DNA of 64,000 nucleotides from Gammaproteobacteria bacterium (GTDB taxonomy: Bacteria > Pseudomonadota > Gammaproteobacteria > Eutrophobiales > Eutrophobiaceae), in NCBI GenBank assembly GCA_965215365.1, contig CBDCDS010000003.1, positions 224,001-288,000 on the forward strand. The letters run 5' to 3'. Position 1 is the first letter of the stretch; each line of letters begins with the position of its first letter. This document shows, in pieces, positions 1-10,928 of this stretch. The translations under genes were made by a program, and so were the position numbers. The notes beneath the pieces are model-generated. The model did not search any database. It saw only the letters and a list, made by a program, of their open reading frames with translations, and was not told where the DNA came from.

Positions 1-1250
1 GGTGCCCAGCGCGTCCCGGCGCGTGGTGGCTCAGACCCGCACGGTGCCCGTGACCGGCTGCCGGGCCTGCGGGCATGATCTCAAAGGCACCGCCCCCACC
101 GGCCATGTGCGACGAGTCAAGGTCGATATAGTCTTCGAGACGACCGAGTTGACCATTGACGCCGAGATAAAAACCTGTCCGCGCTGTGGCACTGAGACCC
201 ACGGGGCGTTTCCCGATGACATGCCGGGGCCTTTACAATACGGCCCTGGCATCGTGGCTTTCGCCACGCACCTGTTAACGGCCCAAATGCTCTCGCTCAA
301 ACGTACGGCGCAGACACTTCATGCACTGACCGGGCGCGCCGTCGCCGAGGCGACCTTACTGGCCTGGCTCACGCGGGTGCATGAGGCCCTGGCCGGGTGG
401 GAGCGGGCGGCTATCGCCCGCCTGCTCACAGAGCCCGTGCTGCACGCCGATGAGACCTCCTTGCGCATCGACCGCACACAACACTGGCTGCACAGCACCA
501 GTGCCGGGAACCTGGTACTGAAACACTGCCACCGCAAGCGGGGCGGGGACGCCCTCAAGGACATCGGCATCGTCCCCCGCTACGGCGGTGTTCTCGTGCA
601 CGACCGCTGGGCCAGCTACTTCGCCTATGACAACTGCGAGCATGCCCTGTGCGGCAGTCACCTGTTGCGTAACTTGGCCTTTATCGAGGACGCCCACGGC
701 CATGCCTGGGCCCAACGTATGAGCCGCCTCCTGCTCAAGACCTGCCGACAGGTGCGCACACATAAAAACAAGGCACTCAGCGAGACCGACTACCAGTCCC
801 TGCGCACCCGCTACCGGACTATCCTGACACAAGCCAAACGGGAACTCCCCACACCCCCGAAACGGCTCACCGGCCAACGCGGACGGATTGCCCAATGTGA
901 GGCACAAAACCTCCATGATGCCCTCGTCAAGTACGAAACCGAAGTCCTCCGCTTCGCCCGCGACCCCAACGTGCCGTTCACCAACAACCGCGCCGAACGC
1001 GATATCCGTATGGCTAAAGTCAAACAAAAAGTCTCCGGCTGCTTCCGAACCACCGCCTACGCCGACACCTACTGCCGCATCTCCAGCTACTTGCAGTCTA
1101 TGACCCTGAAGGGCTACAATCCCCTCGCCGCCATCGAGATAGCACTCAAGGGAGACGCCGCCACCATGGTGGAAAAACCGCTCAAAAATAAAACGGTTAA
1201 GAAAAACCAGATCAGAACAAGAGATCAGGGTAAGGGGGGCGAGTAGTTAC
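1..1250 (+). mobile_element. IS66-family insertion sequence (probably ISBst12 group), left part outside window
   Basis: Transposase ORF runs into terminal sequence GGGGGGCGAGTAGTTAC (1234-1250; reverse complement begins GTAAC, as IS66 ends do). Confidence 0.85.
2..1246 (+). CDS. IS66-family DDE transposase (TnpC-like), 5'-truncated by window edge
   Basis: Zn-finger CxxC..CPRC, HADETS, VLVHD, CGSHLLR, FTNNRAERDIR..KVKQKVSGCFRT motifs. Confidence 0.93.
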   Translation: MPSASRRVVAQTRTVPVTGCRACGHDLKGTAPTGHVRRVKVDIVFETTELTIDAEIKTCPRCGTETHGAFPDDMPGPLQYGPGIVAFATHLLTAQMLSLKRTAQTLHALTGRAVAEATLLAWLTRVHEALAGWERAAIARLLTEPVLHADETSLRIDRTQHWLHSTSAGNLVLKHCHRKRGGDALKDIGIVPRYGGVLVHDRWASYFAYDNCEHALCGSHLLRNLAFIEDAHGHAWAQRMSRLLLKTCRQVRTHKNKALSETDYQSLRTRYRTILTQAKRELPTPPKRLTGQRGRIAQCEAQNLHDALVKYETEVLRFARDPNVPFTNNRAERDIRMAKVKQKVSGCFRTTAYADTYCRISSYLQSMTLKGYNPLAAIEIALKGDAATMVEKPLKNKTVKKNQIRTRDQGKGGE

Positions 1251-1406
1251 GAGCAATGATAAAAGAAAGCGATAAGCAGTTCAGGCCAACCCCAAGGCCC
1301 GGCGCAGCAGCAGTCCCAAGGCCGGAACAAGGGGCAACCATTTCGGCAGTCCATGAGGCAGACCGAATGAGTTTTCTTGCAGAAATCGTTTAACCGGCCT
1401 GCTACG

Positions 1407-2993
1407 ATGAGTTCAAAACCTGATTCCAATCTGTTCAAATCGTTGCCCGAGTCGGCAGAGCTACAAGAAGATTTCAAGGAAATTTTTGTTGAATCCTTGT
1501 TCGACGAAAACAGTCTGCAAGCCGTTTATATGAATCTGGCTTTAGGTGAAGCGGGGGAAACATTACCGAACATTACAGGCAACCTCAACGTTTTGTCGGA
1601 TAATCTCATCGGCACCGACATCGACCTGTGGGCTGTTACCGCCGCATGGCCGACCTGGGAACTTAGCCCGGGTGACATGCTCACCAACACCAGGCTTTTT
1701 TCGACGCCAGCAGGTAGTGAGAAAGTGATACGCGGTGTGACAGCCAAAAATCCCCTGCGCGACGACCGAGGCAGCAACATATCCGTTTACGCCGCAGGAG
1801 CTGTGTTTCGGGTTGAGAGCGCCAGGAATGCTCCCGGTGACAGCGTGCAGCCCGGCTTTTACTTAAAACAAGTCAACACGTATCTTGAGTGGGAGTTAGG
1901 TGAAAACGGCGATGGCATCACCATGGATGTTGAGACCGGACACTTACTCATGAACAGTGAGTTCTTCAGCCCAAGGGACTATTTTTCCGGTATGCCAGTC
2001 AACCGACCGGAGGATGTGACGCTGGGTTCGGCGAGGTGGTATCGTCCATTTGATTCCCCAACCGCATCGAAACCTGTGCGCGACGCTATACATGATGCCA
2101 TCCTCGCAAACCACCCTGTCAATCCGGCCCTGAACAAGGCCACACAGAATATTCATCATGAATATTTTCGGCAGCAGGCAGTTACACAGGCACGCGCCGA
2201 TATACGAGAAATATTGCAAGCCGATTGGGAGAGTGACTGGAAACAACGACCGGGATCTGAATTGACCGGCAAGGAGTTGACAAAATTCAATCGAGCTGCA
2301 CTTATTCGCACCCATGAACAACACCGAGAGGCACTCATCGCCAGGACTAATCGTAAATCGCAACAGCTTGCCGACATAATTGCGGGGCTGCGGCCGCACC
2401 AGCATACTGAGGAGGGAACACGGCAGTTGGTAATCTGGCTGCTTGCAAATATTCTGCGGCGGGAAATCAGGTTGTTAGACCTCGCTGACAAGGGAGCCGA
2501 TGCGGCAACCGGCCCTGATTTAATTTACTCTGTATCAAAGGGTTATGATGGCACCGAGCTGGCTGCAGGCAGTCGCCATGGCGGCGCCTCGGCATCGGAA
2601 GATAATTTTGCCCAGACCTGTCCGCCACTGGTAATTGGCATGGTAGGCAGCAACCAGACGAACCAACGCGGGTATTACGCGGTTGCCCCCGACAACGACC
2701 GTCAAAAATTGATCTGGCGGCGGTTGATGGAGGACCAGGGGGGGCTCACTGTAAGTAACCTGCTGCACGCCGTGTTTGCCACTGAATACGCCGAGCAACA
2801 GGACTACATACTGCACAATGACGGGCTCTGTTTGTCAGCTACAGCCAGCAGCCGACGCGTGGTGACAGATTGGCTGTTCTTGTTGAAACATTTCTCAAGC
2901 CTGGACTACGAGCCGTTCCAGCGCGCGCTGGTGGCCCACAATCCGGGATTCGATCCCGGCTCGAATCCTGAGGCTGTATTGATACGTCCCTGA
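1407..2993 (+). CDS. hypothetical protein (~528 aa; alternative TTG start 1377)
   Basis: Long uninterrupted ORF; no motif recognised. Confidence 0.7.
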   Translation: MSSKPDSNLFKSLPESAELQEDFKEIFVESLFDENSLQAVYMNLALGEAGETLPNITGNLNVLSDNLIGTDIDLWAVTAAWPTWELSPGDMLTNTRLFSTPAGSEKVIRGVTAKNPLRDDRGSNISVYAAGAVFRVESARNAPGDSVQPGFYLKQVNTYLEWELGENGDGITMDVETGHLLMNSEFFSPRDYFSGMPVNRPEDVTLGSARWYRPFDSPTASKPVRDAIHDAILANHPVNPALNKATQNIHHEYFRQQAVTQARADIREILQADWESDWKQRPGSELTGKELTKFNRAALIRTHEQHREALIARTNRKSQQLADIIAGLRPHQHTEEGTRQLVIWLLANILRREIRLLDLADKGADAATGPDLIYSVSKGYDGTELAAGSRHGGASASEDNFAQTCPPLVIGMVGSNQTNQRGYYAVAPDNDRQKLIWRRLMEDQGGLTVSNLLHAVFATEYAEQQDYILHNDGLCLSATASSRRVVTDWLFLLKHFSSLDYEPFQRALVAHNPGFDPGSNPEAVLIRP

Positions 2994-3026
2994 TATTAGG
3001 TCACCTCGTGTTTGTGAGAGGTGCCC

Positions 3027-3674
3027 TTAACCGTAGATCAGTTTGCACACCTGTGCGCATTTTCCCAGGTCCAGCAGGCCGTCAGTGCGCACGCCGCTTT
3101 CCATGTCAATCCAGTAGTCTACGGCGGCGCGGAATTTCGATAGAGCTTCCCCGATAGTGGTTGGCGAGAGCCCGCCGGAAAAGCCACAGAAAGGATGACT
3201 GCGATGCACAACAGGCCATGCGGTTACCCGGGCGCCGGCGCCGAAGGACACATCGAACAGCCAGTCTGCACGGGTATCGGCAGGGAACTCCCCCTGGCAC
3301 TGCAACGCCAGCCGCAAACCCTGCCCGAGACAATAACTGTACGCGTTGGCGATCGCGGCCTCGCTACTGCCTTGCCTGCTGTGGTTGAGTTGCAGACGCG
3401 CAAAGCCGCGCAGGTCAACCTCCGGCCTGCCGCCATTGGCGATCGCCTGTGCCGGTTTACCGCAGACATGCGCGGCAAAACGCAGCGGTGATGAAAGCAG
3501 TTCTGTTCTCTCATTCTGCGCCGGGAATAAAATGTTATCTTCCTGTGCCGGATCCAACAGGATGCCCCACTCAATCGGGTACTCGGCGGAAAGCTCCATC
3601 ATACCGGGTATCAACTCGACCCGGTCAACACCGGTAAAAGTAACAAATACCGGCTTTTTTAAGGCGCGGCTCAT
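3027..3674 (-). CDS. TrpF (PRAI)-like TIM-barrel protein
   Basis: TFTGVD..EWGIL N-terminus and GFSGGL..WIDMESGVR phosphate-binding C-terminus; ATG overlaps upstream stop (ATGA). Confidence 0.6.
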   Translation of the reverse strand: MSRALKKPVFVTFTGVDRVELIPGMMELSAEYPIEWGILLDPAQEDNILFPAQNERTELLSSPLRFAAHVCGKPAQAIANGGRPEVDLRGFARLQLNHSRQGSSEAAIANAYSYCLGQGLRLALQCQGEFPADTRADWLFDVSFGAGARVTAWPVVHRSHPFCGFSGGLSPTTIGEALSKFRAAVDYWIDMESGVRTDGLLDLGKCAQVCKLIYG

Positions 3675-4822
3675 CGTAGAATCCTCCCCCCCCAAAGCTC
3701 TTTGAGAAAATCAACTGTCGGCATCACCCGGATATTATCCCAGAGTGCGGGGCGGTTGCCCAGGTAAATGCTGTAGCAGGTCGTTTTGTCCTTGCCTAAG
3801 GCTTCCCTGACCCGGTGCAGACCGCGGTTGAAGCGTTTGTCCCAGCGTGGGGAGGCTTTGATTTCAATGGCAACAAAACCGGTTGCGGTCTCACACAACA
3901 GGTCCACTTCCGTGCCGTCGTAGTTGCGCCAGAAGTGCAGCGGGTAATGCTTGCCCGTGTAACTCAGCCAAGCGCGTAGTTCGTTCAGGATGAAAGTTTC
4001 CAGTAATGGGCCTGCCTCTTCAGCTGTGGGTGGATAAGGCAGCCTGCCGCTTAACGCTCGGGCTACGCCGCAATCGAAGAAATAAAATTTGCTTTGTTGC
4101 ACCTGCCTGGTGGCCGATTTCAGTTTCCAGGCGGGCAGCCAGTGGCCCAGCAGCGTATCGGTAAGTATTTCAAAATGATTTTGGACGGTGCGGCGATTGA
4201 TGCCGGCATCGCGGGCTATGCCGGTCAGATTGGTTACCTGTGCATTCTGGCGTGCCGCGATTTCCAGAAAACGGGCGAACGCGCCGATGTTGCGGGTCAG
4301 CGCTTCGGCCTGCACTTCCTGGATCAGGTACGTTTCAACGTAGCTGCGCAGATATGCCTGTGGGTTATTGCCCGTCAGCACCAGCGGCAAGGTGCCATAC
4401 AGCAACATTCGTTGCGGCTCCAGATTGAAAGACAATTCGGCCGATACCAGAGGAAACAAGGTGGTTGTCAGCGCCCGCCCAGCCAGCAGGTTCACGTCAT
4501 GGCCGCGCCGCAGCTTGCGGGCGCTGGAGCCGGACAGGATAAAACGCAGCTGATGCAGCTCGATCAGGCGATGGACTTCATTTAACAGTTGCGGCGCTTT
4601 TTGTACTTCATCAATGATCACCCAGCTACCGGCAGGCAGGGATGCCAGCTCCCGGTATAACGTCTGCGGGTCTTTATTGAGACGTAACGCTTCGCCCGTA
4701 TCAAGCAGGTCGTAACAGACTGCTTGCGGGAAACGCGCGCGTATCCAAGTGGACTTGCCGGCGCCGCGTGGACCAAACAAAAATACGGACTGAGCCGGGT
4801 CTGGTAGTAATCTTGTGTACAT
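3671..4822 (-). CDS. AAA_14/DUF4143-type ATP-binding protein
   Basis: GPRGAGKS Walker A, IIDEVQK Walker B, SGSSA, KFYFFDCG, C-terminal EVDLL..IEIK nuclease-like motif. Confidence 0.88.
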   Translation of the reverse strand: MYTRLLPDPAQSVFLFGPRGAGKSTWIRARFPQAVCYDLLDTGEALRLNKDPQTLYRELASLPAGSWVIIDEVQKAPQLLNEVHRLIELHQLRFILSGSSARKLRRGHDVNLLAGRALTTTLFPLVSAELSFNLEPQRMLLYGTLPLVLTGNNPQAYLRSYVETYLIQEVQAEALTRNIGAFARFLEIAARQNAQVTNLTGIARDAGINRRTVQNHFEILTDTLLGHWLPAWKLKSATRQVQQSKFYFFDCGVARALSGRLPYPPTAEEAGPLLETFILNELRAWLSYTGKHYPLHFWRNYDGTEVDLLCETATGFVAIEIKASPRWDKRFNRGLHRVREALGKDKTTCYSIYLGNRPALWDNIRVMPTVDFLKELWGGRILR

Positions 4823-4824
4823 AG

Positions 4825-4851
4825 ATCGCGATTTTACCGAAAAATCGCGAT
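4825..4851. promoter_or_regulatory. 11-bp perfect inverted repeat overlapping a putative -10 (TAAAAT, minus strand 4831-4836)
   Basis: ATCGCGATTTT-accga-AAAATCGCGAT, 2 nt from the ATPase ATG. Confidence 0.5.
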
Positions 4852-4910
4852 ATAGCTACCAATTTTTACGATTTTCAGCCCGCCGCCTTCATGTTCTCCG
4901 CAACTGAAGT

Positions 4911-6281
4911 TCAGGCCGCCGCCCCGACAGAGGGCAGGCCCGACAGGGCCATGGCGAGTTCTTCCTGCGAATATTCCTGGTCATACAGCTTGCCGGCAAA
5001 GTAGTCCATATAGGCCTGCATGTCGAAATTGCCGTGACCGCACAGGTTGAACAGGATCGCCTTGCTGATGCCCTCTTCCCGGCATTTTATGGCCTCCTCT
5101 ATGGTCGCAACTACCGCGTGATTGGCCTCCGGCGCCGGGATAATCCCCTCCGCCCGGGCAAATTGTATCCCGGCCTCGAAACAGGCCAGCTGCGGGTAGG
5201 AACGCGGCTGCACCAGGCCCAGCTCTGCGGTTTGGCTGACCAGCGGGCCCATGCCGTGATAGCGCAGGCCGCCGGCATGGAAACCCGGTGGGACAAATCC
5301 GGAACCCAAGGTGTGCATTTTGACCAGTGGGGTAAGGTGTCCGGTGTCGCCGAAATCATACGCGTACCGACCCTGGGTCAGGGTCGGGCAGTTGGCCGGC
5401 TCCACCGCAATGATATGCACCTCCTGCCCGCCGCGCAGTTGCTCCCCGAGGAACGGAAACGCAATGCCGGCAAAGTTACTGCCACCGCCGGTGCAGCCGA
5501 CGATGATGTCGGGATAGTCATCGGCCAGCTCCAGTTGCTTCATGGTTTCCTGACCGATCACGCTCTGGTGCAACAGCACGTGGTTCAGCACGCTGCCCAG
5601 CGCGTAGCGGGTGTCGTCGCACTGCACCGCCCGTTCCACCGCCTCACTGATGGCAATGCCCAAACTGCCGGTGCTGTCCGGGTGTTCGGCCAATACCGCC
5701 CGCCCCGCCTCGGTGGTAGCACTGGGGCTGGCAATGCAGGTGGCGCCGAAGCTTTCCATGAAGGCGCGGCGGTAAGGCTTCTGGTTGAAGCTCACCTTCA
5801 CCATATAGACTTCTATTTCCAGGCCGAAAAATGCGCCGGCAAACGACAGCGCCGAACCCCACTGGCCGGCGCCGGTTTCAGTGGTGATGCGCTTCACCCC
5901 TTCCTGTTTTGAATAAAAGGCCTGCGGCACGGCGGTGTTGGGTTTATGGGAACCAGCCGGGCTCACGCCTTCATACTTGTAATAGATGCGCGCCGGGGTA
6001 TCCAGCGCCTGTTCCAGCCGGCGCGCCCGGTACAGCGGCGAAGGTCGCCATTGTTTGAGGATATCCCGCACCGGCGCCGGAATATCAATATAACGTTCGG
6101 CGCTCACTTCCTGCTCAATGACCGCCATGGGGAAGAGCGGCGCCAGATCATCGGGTGTGACCGGCTGGCCCGTACCCGGGTGCAACACCGGTGGCGGCGC
6201 TTCCGGCAGGTCCGCAACGATGTTATACCAGCTTGTGGGTATATCGGATTCCTGTAACAGGTATTTGGTTGAGTCGGTCAT
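4911..6281 (-). CDS. trpB2: TrpB-like PLP enzyme (tryptophan synthase beta chain type 2)
   Basis: [52 protein letters not shown]; start MTDSTKY with RBS. Confidence 0.92.
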   Translation of the reverse strand: MTDSTKYLLQESDIPTSWYNIVADLPEAPPPVLHPGTGQPVTPDDLAPLFPMAVIEQEVSAERYIDIPAPVRDILKQWRPSPLYRARRLEQALDTPARIYYKYEGVSPAGSHKPNTAVPQAFYSKQEGVKRITTETGAGQWGSALSFAGAFFGLEIEVYMVKVSFNQKPYRRAFMESFGATCIASPSATTEAGRAVLAEHPDSTGSLGIAISEAVERAVQCDDTRYALGSVLNHVLLHQSVIGQETMKQLELADDYPDIIVGCTGGGSNFAGIAFPFLGEQLRGGQEVHIIAVEPANCPTLTQGRYAYDFGDTGHLTPLVKMHTLGSGFVPPGFHAGGLRYHGMGPLVSQTAELGLVQPRSYPQLACFEAGIQFARAEGIIPAPEANHAVVATIEEAIKCREEGISKAILFNLCGHGNFDMQAYMDYFAGKLYDQEYSQEELAMALSGLPSVGAAA

Positions 6282-6294
6282 GTGCTGTTTTCCT

Positions 6295-9200
6295 TCAAAT
6301 AATGGGTTTCGGGTCTGAGGTAGTCTTATCACGGCATAACTTCAGATAGTAGTGATCGATATTTTTGCTGATGGAATCAATGTTGTCGGGATTTGCGTGT
6401 GCTTCCCGAGATAACCGAACAAGCGCTTTATGATTTTCATCGTGGTCACTATAAACGGGCAGATAAACCGGTGGTCGCACCTTAAAACTCCGATTGTCAG
6501 AGGAGGCATAAATAAACCCTGCGACAATTGGCGCATTCAGGACAGAACAGATGTAATGGGCTTCATCTTCTGTAATGAAATCGCCATTTTTACGCTCACA
6601 CATTGAAGCCGCGTGACTCTGACAAAGTAACATTTTTTTCTCGCCCCAGGGAGTTGCCTGTGACGAAACAACTACAGCGCACCATTTTGTATCTTTCCTG
6701 AAGACGACATGAATCGGAGCAAAACTGTAACGGCCAACACGGGCAAGGCTGTAAAACTCATCCTGGTTGGCACTGCGTACTCTGGCGTTGCCAGCGGACA
6801 AATTTTCCAATAATTCCCGGTTGTCCCGGTAATACCCATATAGCAATTTCGAGGTCTTTTTGAGCTTTTCAACAGGAATGGCCAGCCTGGGATTCGTCGC
6901 CTCGTGAGGGAAGGGCACGAGTATTTGATCATAAGCATGCCTGAATGCTTCAATGGTAGAAGCTCTTACCACAGGATATAAATATTTGGTTTCCAGTAAT
7001 ATCTTTTGAGATGGGAGCGGGCGCTGGGCTCGTTTAAGTTGTATATTTTGCAGCCAGACGGTTCCCTTTTCAGGCCCTTCACCTTGATGCTTAAGCAGCA
7101 ACAATTCTTGTGGGTAAAATTGAATGCCATCGCGGCCTATGTAATCACAATTTCCGGCCACCAGGGAAAAATTGTTCAGTTCTTCCAGGCCCTGCGTTAT
7201 TGTAAACGCATTCTTTCCCGGAGTAATTTGCTGTGCAATCATAGACTCGGATTTCAACTCACTCATCGCTTCCTCCAAGTCTTGCCAGTTCGCCGCACGC
7301 TTCCCTCGCGCAGCGATATATTTCATAACCGGAACACTGGAAGTTGCGTGTTCGTCTCTCCCGATAACGAATGTCATAAAATCCTCTTTTATGGGGTCGA
7401 AGGGATAACCTGCTCTAGTCCAGTCATGAAATGCTAAAAATCGCCACTCGTTATCGCCAAGATTGCGCCATCCGTCATAGGAAGCCTGATAGGCCAATTC
7501 GCGCGGCATCAGGAAAGCGAGCCGGCCTTGTTCCGCAAGCCAATTCTTTATCGATATATATGCAACTAAGGCACACATATTAAGGTTAATTCCTCCCGTC
7601 AAACCTGCGCCTGAAAATAATCCCCGCTCTATACAAAATGATTTGATGCGATTACAGTAGCCTTCCGGAAGATTCTTCCAATCTATCCATGGGGGGTTGC
7701 CAGCTATAACATCAAATTTGCCAAGACATGCGGTTGTCAGAAAATTAGAGAGAATGCGCGCCCAAATTCCGTTCCAATTTTTGATTTCCAATTCAACCAA
7801 CTCATCCGTAAACGTATTCAGCGCATTGATGATACTGTCCTTTTTGTCAGGCTTTGGTATTTCGTTGAGAAGCGTCTTCAAGGCCTTATCCGCATCTTTA
7901 TCCCTTACGGCGGCTTCATATTCGCGCATAAGTGTAATAAACCTCCCGGATCTGATTACAGACACTGGCAGCACGCAAGGGATCGGCTTGACAAGCGTCT
8001 GAAGTTCGTAACGCAGACATTCCACGTCATCAATTTTTTCCAAATCTGGACTGTTGGAGGCATCACCCAAATAAACAGGGATTACAATTTCTTCGTGGTA
8101 ATTTTTCAGAAGGTCGGAAATGTGTATAAAATAATTGACGCGTGCGGTCAGCACTGCCAATGGATGCAGATCAATGCCTGCCACGCGGGAGAGCACATTT
8201 TTTCCAAGGTCGGTTCCTGCCGAATCTGATTCACGTTTCAGGCGGGAAATCGCTGCTACAATGAAAGTGCCTGAACCGCAACATGGGTCCAACAAGCGCC
8301 AGTTGCTCTCAGGTTTCGCAGATTCAATGACATGCTCTGCAAGCCACTTGGGAGTGTACACCTCGCCGAAACTATTACGAATCGTTTGCGGCACTGCGGC
8401 GTGATACAGTTCGCGGAATAAATCTTCCGATTCGCGAGACTGAAAGATATTTCTGGCTTCTTCATAACGCGCCAGGACTGAAACGACAGTTCTCACCGCA
8501 TCAGCTATATCGTCAGTCCACTGATTTTTGTCGCAATACCAAGAGAAAAAATCGCCTTCAAGCAGGTTTAGAATCCCAAGTTTGCGAAAAATAGCGCCAT
8601 CCTCCAACCCATCGCAGAAGATTCTCAGAGAACCGGATGTTGCGTTGACAAGCTGCTGGAAGTCTTGCGGAATTTTACCCAAGTAAACATCTGATACTAC
8701 ATGAAAAGCTATGAGTTTCAGTAAAATAGCGTAAGAAGTGTGTAACGCAAACAAGGTTCGGTATTCATCCTTTGATTGTTCAACCGGGCAGTCGAAAATT
8801 TCCGACAATACTTTCCGGCGCGCAGCGATTCGAGGCTGTCTTGAAGTATCTTCATGAGAAATACGAAAAAGTTGTTCCCATTCTGCCTGGAGCATTTGCG
8901 TTTTTTTCACCGAAGATGCTTCGAGAACAGAATTTAACAAGCGAGCTACCCGAAATAAGATACCATCTGTTTTCGACCTGCAAAAATCCCGAATCAGATT
9001 TTCTGCTGTCAGTGATGAAAGCGCAAGAGAGATGATCTTTTGGGTAAGACGACGTAGAGCTGGCCCGTCCAAAGGCAACGCCGGGCATGGTTCGCTCACA
9101 ATGCCTGAACAAGCGCGTATTTCAATTATCACAAGCCCATTTGTCAGTATCCCTTCGAGCGGCGCCTTTGATTTTTTGCTGAGTGATGCCAGGTATCCGG

Positions 9201-9561
9201 AAAGTTGTTCGGTGGCTGCTTTTCTTGACGCTTCCGAGTCAAGCAGGCTTGGGCGTTTATATTCAATGACAAGTGAGCCCAGTCGGCTATCAGCGCGCCC
9301 ACAGAATGTATGGCGACGAGACACGCGCGCTTCCTTTTCAGGAGAAAACTTCAGGCCGATATCATACAATAGTCTGTATACAACGCGCTCGAAATGACCT
9401 TCGATGGTAGCTTCGTTCACTCCCTGGAGTGCAACGGAACGAATCTCCCTCGCTGCTTCGTCTAGCGCCTCTCTGAATTCGGGCAAGTCAAGAGCAATGT
9501 TGACCAGTTTTCCGCGCAGGGCGTTTGGCGTTAATTCAACTACATCATCTGGTCCGGACAT
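6295..9561 (-). CDS. Type IIG-like fused restriction endonuclease/N6-adenine methyltransferase
   Basis: N-terminal RAD..VIEYK PD-(D/E)xK motif, [24 protein letters not shown]; AT-richer than flanks. Confidence 0.85.
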   Translation of the reverse strand: MSGPDDVVELTPNALRGKLVNIALDLPEFREALDEAAREIRSVALQGVNEATIEGHFERVVYRLLYDIGLKFSPEKEARVSRRHTFCGRADSRLGSLVIEYKRPSLLDSEASRKAATEQLSGYLASLSKKSKAPLEGILTNGLVIIEIRACSGIVSEPCPALPLDGPALRRLTQKIISLALSSLTAENLIRDFCRSKTDGILFRVARLLNSVLEASSVKKTQMLQAEWEQLFRISHEDTSRQPRIAARRKVLSEIFDCPVEQSKDEYRTLFALHTSYAILLKLIAFHVVSDVYLGKIPQDFQQLVNATSGSLRIFCDGLEDGAIFRKLGILNLLEGDFFSWYCDKNQWTDDIADAVRTVVSVLARYEEARNIFQSRESEDLFRELYHAAVPQTIRNSFGEVYTPKWLAEHVIESAKPESNWRLLDPCCGSGTFIVAAISRLKRESDSAGTDLGKNVLSRVAGIDLHPLAVLTARVNYFIHISDLLKNYHEEIVIPVYLGDASNSPDLEKIDDVECLRYELQTLVKPIPCVLPVSVIRSGRFITLMREYEAAVRDKDADKALKTLLNEIPKPDKKDSIINALNTFTDELVELEIKNWNGIWARILSNFLTTACLGKFDVIAGNPPWIDWKNLPEGYCNRIKSFCIERGLFSGAGLTGGINLNMCALVAYISIKNWLAEQGRLAFLMPRELAYQASYDGWRNLGDNEWRFLAFHDWTRAGYPFDPIKEDFMTFVIGRDEHATSSVPVMKYIAARGKRAANWQDLEEAMSELKSESMIAQQITPGKNAFTITQGLEELNNFSLVAGNCDYIGRDGIQFYPQELLLLKHQGEGPEKGTVWLQNIQLKRAQRPLPSQKILLETKYLYPVVRASTIEAFRHAYDQILVPFPHEATNPRLAIPVEKLKKTSKLLYGYYRDNRELLENLSAGNARVRSANQDEFYSLARVGRYSFAPIHVVFRKDTKWCAVVVSSQATPWGEKKMLLCQSHAASMCERKNGDFITEDEAHYICSVLNAPIVAGFIYASSDNRSFKVRPPVYLPVYSDHDENHKALVRLSREAHANPDNIDSISKNIDHYYLKLCRDKTTSDPKPII

Positions 9562-9633
9562 GGAATCTCTCTAACCTTTCTGACGAAATAACGGTTTCAT
9601 AAGAGCTAAGGGTTGACAGGGACGGACAGGGGT

Positions 9634-10878
9634 TCAGTCTTTGAGGCTGTAAACTACCAGGCCGCTACGTAGTTTTGGTTCGAACCAGGTGGCCTTGGGG
9701 GGCATGATGTCGCCGTTGTCGGCGATACTCATCAGCTCTTGCATGGAGACCGGGTAGAGGGTGAAGGCAACAGCCATCTCGCCGCTATCTACCCGGTTCT
9801 GCAGTTCCTCCACGCCACGCACGCCACCGACGAAATGGATGCGCGGATCGGCCCTCTGGTCGCGAATGTCCAGGATTGGTTCGAGGATCAGGTCGGACAG
9901 CATACTGACACCCAGCGCCGCCATGGTATCGGCCGCGGTATAGGCGTCGGGGCGCGCACTCAGGCGGTACCAGATACCTGCCAGATACATGCCGATGACG
10001 CCGCGTTGCTTGGGTTTGATGGGCTGGCTTCCGGTTCTCTCAACCATGAAGGCGAGACCTAGTTTGTGCAGGAATGCACGCGGCTCAAGGCCGTTCAGGT
10101 TGGTCACCAGCCGGTTGTAATCGAGAATTTCCAACTGGTTGTCGGGAAAATGTACGGCCATGAAATAATTGTATTGCTGATCCGCGCCGTTGCCTTGATC
10201 CTGCCCTGCCAATTCCTGGCCGACCTGTGCCGCCGCCGCAGTACGATGGTGCCCGTCGGCTACGTAGGTGGCGGAGATGCCGGCAAAAGCGCGAACAATT
10301 GTCTGCACGGTGGCCGGGTCGTCAACGATCCAGAACCGGTGCTGAACAGAGTCGGCATCAACAAAATCGTATTCCGGTGGCGTTGATTTGAGCGAGTTGA
10401 CAAGATTATCGAGCCTCAGGTTATGGCGATAGGCAAACATCACCGGTTCCACGTTGAGCATGGTAGTACGGATATGCCGGGCGCGGTCGGTCTCCTTGTC
10501 AAATCGGGTCAGTTCATGCTTCCTGATGTGTCCGGACCGGTAATCTGCCACGGCCGCGGCGGCGACAATGCCTGTGCGCGGATGCCTGTTTGCGGTCAAC
10601 TCATAGATATAGAGGCTGTCACGCTCATCCCGTACAAACGTACCGTTATCGACAAGCCCCTGAAAATTCGCCGCCGCCGCGCGGTAAACCTCGGGGTTGT
10701 CGGGCACCGTAGCTGCGGGAAGGGTGATCTCAGATTTTACCACGTTCAGGAAGGAATACGGATTGCCGGCTGCCTCTTGCCTAGCCTCTGCAGTAGTCAG
10801 TACGTCATACGGTCTTGAGGCGACACTGCTGACCAGGTCGCGGCGCGGACGATACCCTTTGAAAGCCTTGATTTTCAC
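9634..10878 (-). CDS. DUF1015 family protein
   Basis: SRPYDV, KHELTR, YVADGHHR, IMPPKATWFEPKLRSGL motifs; follows serA. Confidence 0.88.
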   Translation of the reverse strand: MKIKAFKGYRPRRDLVSSVASRPYDVLTTAEARQEAAGNPYSFLNVVKSEITLPAATVPDNPEVYRAAAANFQGLVDNGTFVRDERDSLYIYELTANRHPRTGIVAAAAVADYRSGHIRKHELTRFDKETDRARHIRTTMLNVEPVMFAYRHNLRLDNLVNSLKSTPPEYDFVDADSVQHRFWIVDDPATVQTIVRAFAGISATYVADGHHRTAAAAQVGQELAGQDQGNGADQQYNYFMAVHFPDNQLEILDYNRLVTNLNGLEPRAFLHKLGLAFMVERTGSQPIKPKQRGVIGMYLAGIWYRLSARPDAYTAADTMAALGVSMLSDLILEPILDIRDQRADPRIHFVGGVRGVEELQNRVDSGEMAVAFTLYPVSMQELMSIADNGDIMPPKATWFEPKLRSGLVVYSLKD

Positions 10879-10928
10879 TTCCGGTCACCTGTGAAAATTG
10901 AAAACGCCCGTGCGCTCGGTCGCCGGCT

